From assembly GCA_038087875.1 (NCBI GenBank), contig CM075989.1, positions 21,330,001 through 21,394,000 on the forward strand: DNA of 64,000 nt. Direction: 5' to 3'. The translations under genes were made by a program, and so were the position numbers. This DNA comes from Malacoraja senta. Taxonomy: Eukaryota. Of this stretch, positions 50,625-62,850 are shown piece by piece. Position 1 is the first letter of the stretch, and every line of letters begins with the position of its first letter. The notes beneath the pieces are model-generated. The model saw only the letters and a program-made list of their open reading frames with translations, ran no database searches and was not told the DNA's origin.

Positions 50625-50875
50625 AGATGGCGTAGCGGTAGAGTTGCTGCCTTCCAGCACCAGAGACCCGGGTTTGATCCTGACTGCAGGTGCTGCCTGT
50701 ACGGAGTTTGTACATTCTCCCCGTGACCTGCGTGGGTTTTCTTTGGGAGCTTCGGTTTACTCCCGCTCTCCAAAGACGTACAGGTTTGTAGATTAATTGG
50801 CTTGGTAAATGTTTGTACTTGGTGGGCCAAAGGACCTGTTTCCGTGCTGTATCTCTAAACTAAACTAAACTAAAC
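50625..50875 (+). mobile_element. HE1-like V-SINE (internally deleted)
   Basis: Head, V-domain, tail. Confidence 0.8.
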
Positions 50876-51171
50876 GAACAATTATGAGCTCAATGGAGAG
50901 CACGACAAGGCTCAAAGGCCTCTGGCCTGCTCGAGTTTTGGCCAATTGTCTCATTGCTGCTTTGAATGCCTCCGTCAATTGTCTCAGACTTGGGTTGTGA
51001 CGGTTGAGGGCATTAATGATTATTTTACCAACAAATGTCTTCATTCAAATCTGAGCATGTCCACGTTTCAACATATATCTTTTAATCTCTGGAAGATAGA
51101 GGCAAGACGTTAACCTGCATAATTAACTCCAGTTGAATGCGGTAATTAAATAAACCTTCAAAAACAGACAT

Positions 51172-51460
51172 TGGGCGGCATGGTAGGGCAGCGGTAGAGT
51201 TGCTGCCTTACAGCGCCAGAGGCCCGGGTTCGATCCTGACTACGGGTGCTGTCTGTACGGAGTTTGTACGTTCTCCCTGTGACCGCGTGGGTTTTCTCCG
51301 GGTGCTAAAAACCTGGTTTCCTCCCACACTCATAGACATATAGGTTTGTAGGTTGATTGGCTTTGGTAAATTGTCTCCAATGTGTAGGGTAGTGCCAGAG
51401 TATGAGGTGATCGCTGGTCGGAACGGACTCAGTGGGCCGAAGGGCCTGTTTCTCTGAAGT
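51172..51460 (+). mobile_element. HE1-like V-SINE
   Basis: Full structure. Confidence 0.85.
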
Positions 51461-52299
51461 CTAACTATATTCAGTTCTCAGTAAATACCATTGAACCTGT
51501 GCTGGTCTCCATCAGTGTTAGTGTTGTATAAAAACAGCTAAGTGAACAGGGGGCAGCTGGTGTTCATTTATTAGATATCAGCTACAGAAAACAACACAGC
51601 TTTTAAAAAAAATATTTTGGAAAACATTCTCATGGTCGTATAAAATCCGATTATGGGCATATTTTCATTTGATTTCAGTTCCCCTAGTGGGCTTACACTT
51701 CGCTCTCCTCACCTCTCGATTATCTTTGCAAGTAAATACAAGTGAAATGTTTTATATTCCACGCTGGTGTACTCTGTTGAGCTAGAGTTGCTCCAGGTAC
51801 AATGTAAACCCCAGCAATTCTTCTGCAAGGCAAGAACCTGATGATGGATCGACTTGGGACCTGGCTGGAGATGAGCACTGAAGGCGAAGGTGATAAAAGC
51901 ATCGTGAGAAAAGGAAACTTAGATGAGTCAGTCCTGCCTCCTCACGCTTGCTCAACAAATCCAAACCAGACCAAAGCTCAATGCTAAAATAATCAGAGAG
52001 ATTTCGTTTTTTTAGACTGAAGAATGTTCTCGAAACCGAAACGTCACCCATTCCTCCTATCCAGAGATGCTGCCTGTTACTCCAGCATTTTGCGTCTATC
52101 TTCGGCATCAGCCAGCACCTGCAGTTCCTTCCCACACAAGTTTAGTTTTTGTAGTTTAGTTTAGGTTAGAGATACAGCGCGGAAACAGGCCCTTCGGCCC
52201 ACCGAGTCCGTGCCGACCAGCGACCCCCACACAGTTCTGTCAAAGAATCACATGTAGTCTGCAGTTTTCCTTCACTTAGAAGCGGTCAGAAATGTGAGC

Positions 52300-53205
52300 T
52301 TGAGTTGAGTTTATTGTCACGTGTAGCGAGGTACAGGGAAAGGGTTATTGTTGCGGCTATCCCGTCAGTGAAAAGACAAGACATGATTACAATCCAGCCA
52401 TTACGGTGTATAGATACGTGACATGGGAGTAACATGTAGTGCAAGGTAAAGCAAGGAAAGTTCGAACAAGGATAGTCTGAGGTAGATAGTAGTTCAGCAC
52501 TGCTCTCTGGTTGTGGTAGGATGATTCAGTTGCCTGATAACAGCTGGGAAGAAACTGTCCCTCAGATTCAGATTCAGATTCAGATTCAACTTTATTGTCA
52601 TTGTGCAGTGTACAGTACAGAGACAACGAAATGCAGTTAGCATCTCCCTAGAAGAGCGACATAAATATGAGCAGTAAATAAATAAATCTAATCTAATAAA
52701 TCCTGGTGGGAGGAGTGTCCGGGGGGGGGGGGGGTGATTGGCAGTCACCGAGGTACAGTGTTGAGTAGTGTAACCGCCGCAGGGAAGAAGCTGTTCCTGG
52801 ACCTGCTGGTCCGGCAACGGAGAGACCTGTAGCGCCTCCCGGATGGTAGGAGGGTAAACAGTCTGTGGTTGGGGTGAGAGCAGTCCTTGGCGATGCTGAG
52901 CGCCCTTCGCAGACAACGCTTGCTTTGGACAGACTCAATGGTGGGGAGTGAGGAACCGGTGATGCGTTGGGCAATTTTCACCACCCTCTGAATCTGGAGG
53001 TGTGCGTTTTCACACTTTTATGCCTTTTGCCCGATGGGAGAGGGGCGAAGAGGGAGTGGCCGGGGTGCGACTCGTCCTTGATTATGCTGCTGGTCTTGCC
53101 GAGTCAACGTGAGGTGTAGATGGAGCCAATGGAAGGGAGGTTGGTTTTTGTGTGATGGTCTGGGCTGCGTCCACAATTCCTTGAAATTTCTTGCGGTCTT
53201 GGACG
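52300..53205 (-). mobile_element. Rex1/L2 3' fragment with a second Rex1 fragment nested (52563-52988)
   Basis: VKIAQRITGSSLPTIES...HPNHRLFTLLPSGRRYRSLRCRTSRSRNSFFP; (ctgaat)n tail. Confidence 0.8.
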
Positions 53206-55249
53206 GAGCTACCCGACAAAGTTGCACATTTGCAACTCTGTCGAAGCAAGAGAAGAAACTGCTGGGACGTTTTGACTCCGAAACAAGTGTTGTCCTTTCA
53301 GAATAGGGTCGGTGACCTGCAACCCTATTCACCCAGGCAACTCGGCTGCTGCCATTTTGAAATAGTCCAACCGTCTAACACTTGAAACGCCTGCCTGTTT
53401 CAGGCAATGGTCCCATACAAGAACTAAATTGGGTTCATTGACTCCTCCGATTGTTATTTTCTGTTGGAAATGGCTGGAGCGCACCTTGTTATGCTCTGAT
53501 TATTTTTGTAGGCAATAAAGAGGTAGAGCTGAAATAAGTTTAATAATATTTCCGTGGTGTAGGAGGAATATGAATGATCCTTCTGGTACCTAAAAAGTAA
53601 TTTGGATCCCTGGCACGTTGGAACCTTTCTTGCCCTTGCCCTCTGGAGATTACTTATGTCATTTGCTAACATTTCCGTTGGTCTTCACTGCCCAGTGTTT
53701 TGGGGCTTCAGTCCAGCAAGCTGTGTCTGCTTTTGTGTGCTCTCTTAATGAAGACATCATTCAAAATCACTGTTGTTCTCCCAGTCCGAATGGTGGCGGT
53801 CAGTGTTTAGCCACGGACTCGCGTCGGAGTCAGAACTCAGCCTCAGTGAGTCAGGGCTGGGAAGGCCGCGATAATGATAATGGCCAGCTTTGTTCTCAAC
53901 GCTGCAGACCTTCAGAGGGAAAACATTTTAAACACTGAGTCGCATTTCTTTGAATTCAAGTCCAAGCTGGGCTTGGGCGAGGAGAGGGTGCCGGATGCTG
54001 GTCAGCCAAGGAAGGCAATGGTTTCCGGCCTACAGCAGCCTGGGGCTCGCCTGGATCACAACACATGGAGACTTGACTTGGGAAATGTCACCAAAACATG
54101 GCTCCTCCTGCAGCTACCATCCACCTCATTGGAGACCCGTGGACTATCTTTACTGTATCTTGCACTAAACATTATTCACGTTATTTCCTTCATCGTGTAT
54201 CTGCACACTGTGGACGGCTCGAGTGAAATCATGTCTTGTCCTTCCGCTGACAGGTTAGCACGCAACAAAAGCTTTCCATTGTACCTCGGTACACGGGACA
54301 ATAAACTAAACTCAAACAGCAGTCTGAAGAAGGGTCTCGACCCAAAACGTCACCCACTCCTTCTCTCCAGAGATGCTGCCTGTCCCGCTGAGTTACTCCA
54401 TCATTTTGTGTCTATCTTCAAACTCATCATATTTCGCCCCTCTCGTCTTAAACCTACTGTATGTCCTCTGTTTCGTGATCCCCTCACTCTGGGTAAAAGA
54501 CTCTGTGCATAGTGCTGCAGGTTTTCTCGTGAGCCTGTTGCACGTGTGATACAGAGTGTTTCTGACGCTGTGATGCAACATTTGCGCGACGGTGCCGTGC
54601 TATTTATGTTTTTCTTGCATCATATTTGCAGCTCATTGCCTCTGTTTGTGACCTGCAGCAAAGTCACGCAAAGTGCATGTGGATGATCTAATGCATGGGA
54701 GCTAGCCCGTGGCAACGCTAAGATCAGATTTCCACTGCGTTAAGCAGAGATGTAGCACACAACATGCAACTGGCTGTTCTTACCGATTAGATTCCAAAAT
54801 GGCTGAAGGCAGCCTTCTTTCAAAGGGCTGGAGTCTTAGAAGAAAACCACGTTTGCAAAGGAATTACGGATTGTGAATTAGTTTTCCAAATTGGTTGGAC
54901 ACTCTCTGCTACCTCAGATTTAGATCTAACAAGGAGATACTCTATGATCTGTGCACAAGGTTTAAGAGGATTTGAAGTGCCAGGCCCTGGGGAATGTTGT
55001 CTTCCGCCACTCAAGGTGACTGCAGCGATTCCCATCATGTCAGTGTTACCTTTCTAATCGCTGAGGGTGACACCATGGGCAGATCAGACAGCGTTGTCAA
55101 AAACTATTTCTCAGCTTCCTGAAGCTTTGTTCAGGAGACACAATGGTTTCATCTGCCTCCCTTCTCTCCCGCAGCAATGGTTGAGGACAAGGCGAGCGAT
55201 TTTTTTTCCCGCACCAACGTCGAGATTTCTCAACACCCTCTGAGCCCCC

Positions 55250-55552
55250 ATCGCGTCTGAAGAAGGGTCTCGACCCGAAACGTCACCCATTCCTTTCTCT
55301 CCAGAGGTGCTGCCTGTCCCGCTGAGTTACCCCAGCATTTTGTGTCTCCCATCGCATTTGATCTCTCATTTTCACACCTCACCCCTCCATGTCTTTGTGT
55401 CTCCCTCTCCCCTGACTCTCAGTCTGAAGAAGGGTCTCGACCCGAAACGTCACCCATTCCTTTCTCTCCAGAGATGCTGCGTGGCCCGCTGAGTTACTCC
55501 AAAATGTTGTGTCTGTGTTCGGAGTAAACCACGTCTGCATCTCCTTCCTATG
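55250..55552 (+). ncRNA. Tandem pair of minimal type-I hammerhead ribozyme motifs (55257-55284, 55424-55451) in a Penelope-tail dimer
   Basis: Two identical ctgaagaagggtctcgacccgaaacgtc cores 167 nt apart. Confidence 0.6.
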
Positions 55553-56017
55553 CATCACATCGCTCCCATCGACGCCAGCCAGCAGCGCCAGATGGAGTGG
55601 GCTATCGACAATGGTCCCATGGAGAATGGCCGCCCCCCCCCGTGACGCATTTAAGGCTCCATGCATGCTCCCACAACCGTAGTACATTGCGATAAACCTC
55701 GAAGGACAGATGCAGTTCATTTGACTTCCCCTCCATTGCTAGACTCACCGCTGATCACATAGATAGCCCTTCAGCCCATCATGTCCATACTGATCCCTGC
55801 ACTTATCAATGAGAGTCCCATTTACCTACATTGGGTCCATAGCCTTGGCCATTCAGATGCCTGTCTCGATGCTCATTAAATGCTGTGAGGAACTCTGCCT
55901 CCTCCAGAGAACGTGTACATGACTCCAAACACCCAGTGTGAAACCAAAATACCCTTCTTAGCCTCCTACCGCTCCCCTTAAACCTTATGCCCTCTTGCTC
56001 AAGGCACCCGTATCATC

Positions 56018-56318
56018 CACGGCACAGTAGCGCAGGGGTAGAGTTGCTGCCTCACAGCGTCAGAGACGCGGGTTCGATCCTGACCACGGGTGCTGTCCGT
56101 ATGGAGTTTGTACCTTCTCCCCGTGACCGTGTGGGTTTTCTCTAGGTGCTCTGGTTTCGTCCCACACTCCAAAGACGTGCAGGTTTGTCAGTTAATCGTT
56201 TTCTGTAAATTGTAAATTGTGTAGGATGGTGTTAGTTTACGGGTTATTGCTGGTTGGCGCAGGCACGGTGGGCCGCCGGGCCTGTTTCCACGCTGTCTCT
56301 CGAAAACTAAAACTAAAA
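56018..56318 (+). mobile_element. HE1-like V-SINE
   Basis: Full structure. Confidence 0.8.
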
Positions 56319-56484
56319 CAATGAAAGATAGTTACATCTGGAAAAATCACGCCCTGCTACTCCCAACAACAACCCCCAAGCCCTTGCAATCCCTTCTCTT
56401 TAAGTGACACATGTATTCATGTGTAATATGTACAAATGCTACTCCTGTGTTGGATAGTGCTAGTGTACCGGCTGATCGCTGGTC

Positions 56485-57008
56485 AATAGACAATAGACAA
56501 TAGACAATAGGCGCAGGAGTAGGCCATTCGGCCCTTCGAGCCAGCACCGCCATTCACTGTGATCATGGCTGATCATCCACAATCAGTACCCCGTTCCTGC
56601 CTTCTCACCAAATCCCCTGACTCCGCTATCTTTAAGAGCTCTATGTAACTCTCTCGTGAAGGCATCCAGAGAATTGGCCTCCACTGCCTTCTGAGGCAGA
56701 GAATTCCACAGATTCATTCCTTTAGTGAGAATCCTGCACATTGTGGATCCTTGAGAGTGCGCAAAGTGCAATGTAATATAGGATTAGGTTTCGTTTTGGT
56801 TTTCCACAGACTCACAACTCTCTGGGTGAAAACGTTTTTCCTCATCTCTGTTCTAAATGGCCTACCCCTTATTCCTAAACTGTGGTCCCTGGTTTTGGAC
56901 TCCCCCAACATCTGGAACATGTTCCTGCCTCTAGTGTGTCCAGACCTTTAATAATCTTATATGTTTCAATAAGATACCCTCTCATCCTTCTAAACTCCAG
57001 TGTATACA
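56485..57008 (-). mobile_element. CR1/HER1 3' fragment with an 85-bp templated insertion
   Basis: GESKTRDHSLGIRGRPFRTEMRKNVFTQRVV; (tctattg)n tail. Confidence 0.85.
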
Positions 57009-58149
57009 ATTCGCAACTCTCTGGGTGACCCAGACACGATGGGCTGAAGGGGCTGTTTCTCTGACGTGTCTGTATCTCTAAAGTCTCATTGTGCCATTAT
57101 TTTGAAAGTGTGAAGCTTTATTTAGTGTTTTGCTGTTGGTGGGGTGGGGTGGGGGGGATTAACATTATGATGTGCTTGCATCTCCTGGCTTTTGCTTTAA
57201 CAGGCGGATATTTTCAGCCGCTCTTTTCACAGGTGGCCAGGGTTGCAATCTAAAGTCGTGACTCAAGTCACCAGGGTCAAATCCACAAAGTTCAGCCTAA
57301 GAACAATATAATCAAAAGCATCAAGTCAAATGATTAGTAATAGAGAGGGCTCTGGGGATTTTAAACATGTGTTTCCTTTGTTTGAATGTTATGGAGGAGT
57401 GAGCTTAGAGCAGAGTCCTAAGAGAGCTGACTTCATCTTTGCAGCAAGCTGTGTTTTATATAACATTCCTACCACCCGTAGTAGACCTTTCAAAGAGCAG
57501 CAACAATAAGAAAGATTTAGAGAAAAGGACACAAAGGAATACAGTAATGACGAGCAAGGATCACGGACCTGTGTAACGTTTCATTGCAGAAACACTTTAT
57601 ATAAAGATATTCCGTGGTTTTGGCAGATCTTAACTTGGTATGGTATCAGTTAGAGGTGAACTTGGTGGCACTGTTTAACAATGTTGTCTTTATTTAGTCA
57701 AGGCTACAGAATTAAAGACAATATTGTCTTTACCCCTGGAACCCTCTCGTACCTATCCTTTCCCTCTCCCTGACTCTCGGTCTGAAGAAGGGTCCCGAGC
57801 CGAAACGTCACCCATTCCTTCTCTCCAGAGAGGCTGCCCGTCCCGCTGAGTTACTCCAGCATTTTGTGTCAGTCTTTATTTAGACTTGGTTTGTGGCAGC
57901 TGTGATGTGCCTCTTCCGAACACTTTGAGTTTGTGCAACCACTAACTAAGCTTTCCTGTCTCCACCCTGAACAGACTAATCAAAACCAAAGTATTTTATC
58001 CACAGATGATTCCATTTGGGACATTTCAGGGTGTGTACAACCCTGTCCCTCCTACACTTGGTGTCAGCTTTGGCTCTGGGGGTAAAATTCTTACCAGAGA
58101 GTCAGAAGATCAGTGAGTTCACACACCACCCTTGAACATAGGCTGTGTC

Positions 58150-58462
58150 ATTTAGAGATACAGCGCGGAAACAGGCCCTTCAGTCCACCGAGTCCGCGCC
58201 GACCAGCGATCCCCGCACATTAACGCTATCCTGCACACACTGGAGACAATTTACACTTGTACCAAGCCAATTTACCTACAAACCCGCACGCCTTTGGAGT
58301 GTGGGAGGAAACCGAGGATCTCGGAGAAAACCCACGCAGGTCACGGGGAGGACGTACAAACTCCGTACAGATAAGCACCCGTAGTCGGGATCGAACCCGC
58401 TTCTCCGGTGCTGCAAGCGCTGTAAGGCAGCAACTCTACCGCTGCGCCACCATGACGCCCCC
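58150..58462 (-). mobile_element. HE1-like V-SINE
   Basis: Reverse complement, full length. Confidence 0.85.
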
Positions 58463-58771
58463 CTAGGCTAATCTAGGCCAACATAGAGGTGGCACAGTGG
58501 GGCAGATGGCAGAGCCACTACCTCACTGAGCGAGAGACCCTGTGGAGTTTGCCCGTTCTCCCTGTGACCGGGTAGGTTTTCTCCGGATGTTCCGGTTTCC
58601 TCCCACATCCCAAAATCATGCGAGTCTGTAGGTCAATCGGCCCGTGTGAATTGGCCCTAGTGAGTGGATGAGGAAGTGGGATAATCTGAATGTTTGAACA
58701 GGTGATCTATGGGCAGCATGGGCTCTGTGGGCTGAAGGGCCAGTTCCCATGCTGTACCTTTAAAAAAATAT

Positions 58772-58990
58772 TTCGCTCAAAACCTCTGCTCAGTCCGCCT
58801 TAACCTATCTGATCTCCAGGTTGCAAAGCACTTTAACTCCCCCTCCCATTCCCAATCTGACTCTTCTGTCCTGGGCCTCCTCCATTGTCAGAGTGAGGCA
58901 CAGTGCACATTGGAGGAACAGCACCTCATATTTCACTTGGGCAGCTTACACCCCAGCGGTGTGAACATTGACTTCTCTAACTTCAAATAG
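58772..58990 (+). pseudogene. Penelope-like retroelement GIY-YIG endonuclease C-terminal remnant
   Basis: In-frame FAQNLCSVRLNLSDLQVAKHFNSPSHSQSDSSVLGLLHCQSEAQCTLEEQHLIFHLGSLHPSGVNIDFSNFK*, matching the PLE pattern VA.HFN...H and E..LI..LG.L.P.G.N. Confidence 0.8.
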
Positions 58991-59088
58991 CCCTTGCTTT
59001 CCCTCTCTCACCATCCCCTCCCCATTCCCAGTTCTCCCAACAGTCTTACTGTCTCCGACTACATTCTATCTTTGTCCCTAACATCAGT

Positions 59089-59116
59089 CTGAAGATGGGT
59101 CTCAACCCGAAACGTC
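59089..59116 (+). ncRNA. Minimal hammerhead ribozyme motif in the PLE 3' tail
   Basis: ctgaaga-t-gggt-ctca-accc-gaaac-gtc. Confidence 0.55.
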
Positions 59117-59219
59117 ACCCATTCCTTCTCTCCAGAGATGTTGCCTGTCCCGCTGAGTTACTCCAGCATTTATATGTACATATATATAGATATATACACG
59201 CACATATATATACTATACA

Positions 59220-59540
59220 CTTCTCCGTGGTTTGTTACCTTGTCATGGTGCAGAAGCCACCCATGGAAGTAAGGTCGAGAGGGAGGTCTCTGACAAAGAC
59301 CAATCCAACCAAGACCTCAACGGTGGAACAGGCAGAGGATGATGGCTGACCTTAGTGGAACGTCACAATGGCTGGGAAGGCGGATGAAGGCTGCAGCAGA
59401 AAAGGGGCTCCGGTTGTCTTGGACTCCATGCCACTGGATCCTGACCCAGATCTGTCAAGGACTGTGGGGTGGCTGTCTGTGCACCAGTCTCCCCACGTTA
59501 AACAAAGTCACGCACAGGCGTCCTCCATAAAGGACTAAAT
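59220..59540 (+). mobile_element. RTE-related short non-autonomous element within a TA/CA microsatellite
   Basis: ccttgtcatggtg...gccacccatgg...aaggtc...ggaggtctctgacaaaga resembles RTE-clade 5' ends. Confidence 0.45.
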
Positions 59541-59547
59541 ACATACT

Positions 59548-59613
59548 TACATATATATATATATTACATACACACACATATATATATATATATACATGTA
59601 TGTGTGTGTATGT

Positions 59614-59655
<42 letters not shown>

Positions 59656-59890
59656 TATACATATATCCACCCACATACATGCACATATGCACACACGTGC
59701 ATACGCATACACACACGTGCACATACACACACACACGCACACACACAGACACGTACATTTACACACATACACATGCACTCACACGCACACTCACGTACAT
59801 ATACACACACACACACACGTACATATACACACACACACATACACATGCACACATACACACACACATATACACGCAGACATACACACACGT

Positions 59891-59926
<36 letters not shown>

Positions 59927-60002
59927 ACACACACATATACACACACACACATACACATGCACACATACACACACACATATACACGCAGACATACACACAC
60001 GT

Positions 60003-60038
<36 letters not shown>

Positions 60039-60217
60039 ACACACGTACATACACACACGTACATACACACACATACACACATGCACACACACACACACAT
60101 GCACACACACACACATACACACACACATATATACACGCAGACATACACACACGTACATACACACACATACACACATGCACACACACACACACACATACAC
60201 ACATGCACACACACACA

Positions 60218-60263
<46 letters not shown>
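59548..60263. repeat. Compound (TA)n/(CA)n microsatellite with higher-order repeats
   Basis: acgcagacatacacacacgtacatacacac recurs near 59871, 59983 and 60135. Confidence 0.95.
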
Positions 60264-60264
<1 letters not shown>

Positions 60265-61324
60265 GTCAGGGCTAGAGGAAGTACCATGCCTTTGGAAGAG
60301 AGACTGTGAACAGAGGTCCTGGCTGTGCTCTCAAGTGGAGGGAATGTACATCATAGTTGAACGAGGAGGACAGGAGTTGTCCTGACACCCTGAACAATGG
60401 GCCACATCTCAGCGCCAGACGACCTGATGGCTGATATCCGAGCTTGTGCTGATTTCCAAACGGGCTGCCGGCTTCCCTCAGCTCCAACAGAGATTACTCT
60501 TCACAAGTATTCCTTCGGGATCTCCTGCGGCCATGAAAAGCACAATTTAAAAACAACTTTTCATTTTTCTTCCTGCACTCACCGCGCTGAGGATCACGAT
60601 CGGTCTCGTTCGACTTGCAAGTAATATTTTTTCCAGTAAACTTCATGAAAGACCCAAATAGCACAGATGTTCTTATTCCCATGATACACCTTTCAAAAAT
60701 AAAATTGTTTTTGCTCCTCTATCAAACTGAACTGATAACAATAAAGAGGTTTTTTTATTTTCAAAATGTGCCAAGAAAAATCAAAGGAACGATAAGATGG
60801 AAACATAAACATGGTCTCTCCAAGTACCAATTGGACTTGAAAATCAACCCTGCATGAACTGAAAATGTCCAATTCAGTTAAGTTTTGGGTTTGAAAACAT
60901 TATTGGTCCTTTTTCAAATATAAAGTACTTTAAAATGTTTTCCGTTATTGTGAAAGGTTTTTGTTTATTAGCTGCTGGTTCACTCGGGTGTACTACAATG
61001 GTATCTGTCGGTCCCCTTTGTTATATTCTGGGGCAAACGCACATTTTGAAGTTTCTCTGAACTTTTCATTATCCATAAAAGATGATGCTGTGGGGAAAGC
61101 CGACTTGAGAGGCGGTTGATGAATAAACCTCTGGTACGATGCTTCAGGGGATGTTCTAATTTCCTCCCGTACTCCTCGGAGCCTGGGGGTCAGGTGCCAT
61201 TCTCTTGGACCGCTTTGAACTCCGTGGAGAAATTCTCAGCTTCCTGGCGACATCATCCATCGTCATTTGAGGAATGTGGAGGAGTCACTGTGGTGGATGT
61301 TTATGCTAAAATGTATTTTGTGTG

Positions 61325-61865
61325 TTCAAGATTCAAGATTCAAGATTCAAGTGAGTTTATTGTCATGTGTCCCAGATAGGACAATGAAATTCTTGCTTTG
61401 CTTCAGCACAACAGAATATAGAAGGCATGAATACAGAACAGATCAGTGTGTCCATATACCATTGTATAAATATATACACACATGAATAAATAAAACAGAT
61501 AATGTGCAAATAAACAGATAATGGGCTATTAATGTTCAGAGTTTTGTTTGAGTTGAGTTCAATAGCCTGATGGCTGTGGGGAAGTAGCTATTCCTCAACC
61601 TGGACGTTGCAGTCTTCAGGCTCCTGTACCTTCTACCTGAAGGTAGCGGGGAGATGAGTGTGTGGCCAGGATGGTGTGGGTCCTTGATGATACTGACAGC
61701 CTTTTTGAGGCAGCGACTGTGATAGATCCCCTCGATGGTAGGGAGGTCAGAGCCAATGATGGAATGGGCAGTGTTTACTACTTTTTGTATTCTTTTCCGC
61801 TCCTGTGCACTCAAGCTGCCGAACCAAGCCACGATGCAACCGGTCAGCATGCTCTCCACTGTGCT
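61325..61865 (-). mobile_element. Rex1/Babar LINE 3' fragment
   Basis: ESMLTGCIVAWFG...IIKDPHHPGHTLISPLPSGRRYRSL; (cttgaat)n tail. Confidence 0.85.
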
Positions 61866-62309
61866 CTCTACTATACTTTATTATAGTAGAGAGCACTTTA
61901 TTATAGTAGAGGCTGATAAATTATAACTGATTAATTGAAACGTAGAACATAGAAAAATAGGTGTAGGCCATTCGGCCCTTCGAGCCAGCACTGCCATTCA
62001 ATATGATTATGGCTGATCATTTAAAATCAAAAGCCTGTTCCTGCTTTTTCCCCATATCCCTTGATTCCTTTAGCCCTAGGAGCTAAATCTAACTCTCTCT
62101 TGAAAATATCCAGTGCATTGGCCTCCACTGCCTTCTGTGGCAGAGAATTCCACAGATTCACAACTCTCTGGAGGAGGTACTGACTCTGCTAAGTAGGATC
62201 CATATGACTCCATGGGAAGAGGAGGAAGGAACTGCAGAAGCTGATGCGCAAGGAAGATAAACACAAAATGCTGGAGTAACTCAGCCGGACAGGCAGCATC
62301 TCTGGAGAT

Positions 62310-62850
62310 CTATTTCCACTAGTGGGGGATTCTAGAACTAGAGGTCATAGCCTCAGAATTAAAGGACATTCTTTTAGGAAGGAGATGAGGAGACATTTGT
62401 TTAGTCAGAGGGTGGTGAATCTGTGGAATCCTTTGCCACAGAAGGCTGTGGAGGCCAAGTCAATAGATATATTTAAGGCAGAGATAGATAGATTCTTGAT
62501 TAGTACGGGTGTCAGAGGTTATGGGGAGAAGGCAGGAGAATGGGGTTTTATCAGAATCAGAATCAGAACCATTTATTGTCATTTGAACATAAGTTCAAAT
62601 GAAATTACGTTTCTGCAGGCATAATACACACAAGAATAAATAGATAAATAAATGAACAGATAAATAGATAAATAGATAAATAAAAGATTTTTAAAAAACA
62701 GACAATTGCACAATTCCACACAAACATTCATTAGGAGGTAGAGATAGATCAGCCATGATTGAATGGCGGAGTAGACTTGATGGGCCGAATGGCCTCATTC
62801 TACTCCTATTCCTTATGATTTATGACCTTATGACCTTATGACCTTATGAT
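62310..62850 (+). mobile_element. CR1/HER1 3' fragment interrupted by an L2/Rex-type tail (62550-62730)
   Basis: GDSRTRGHSLRIKG...FSQRVVNLWNPLPQKAVEA; (atgacctt)n tail. Confidence 0.8.

Noticed and set aside
53874..54512. 212-aa ORF
   Set aside because: It runs through unique DNA, an L2/Rex tail and a hammerhead repeat; a chance chimera with no recognisable domain.
59547..60385. HT/CV-rich ORFs up to 261 aa
   Set aside because: Artefacts of the (CA)n/(TA)n microsatellite.
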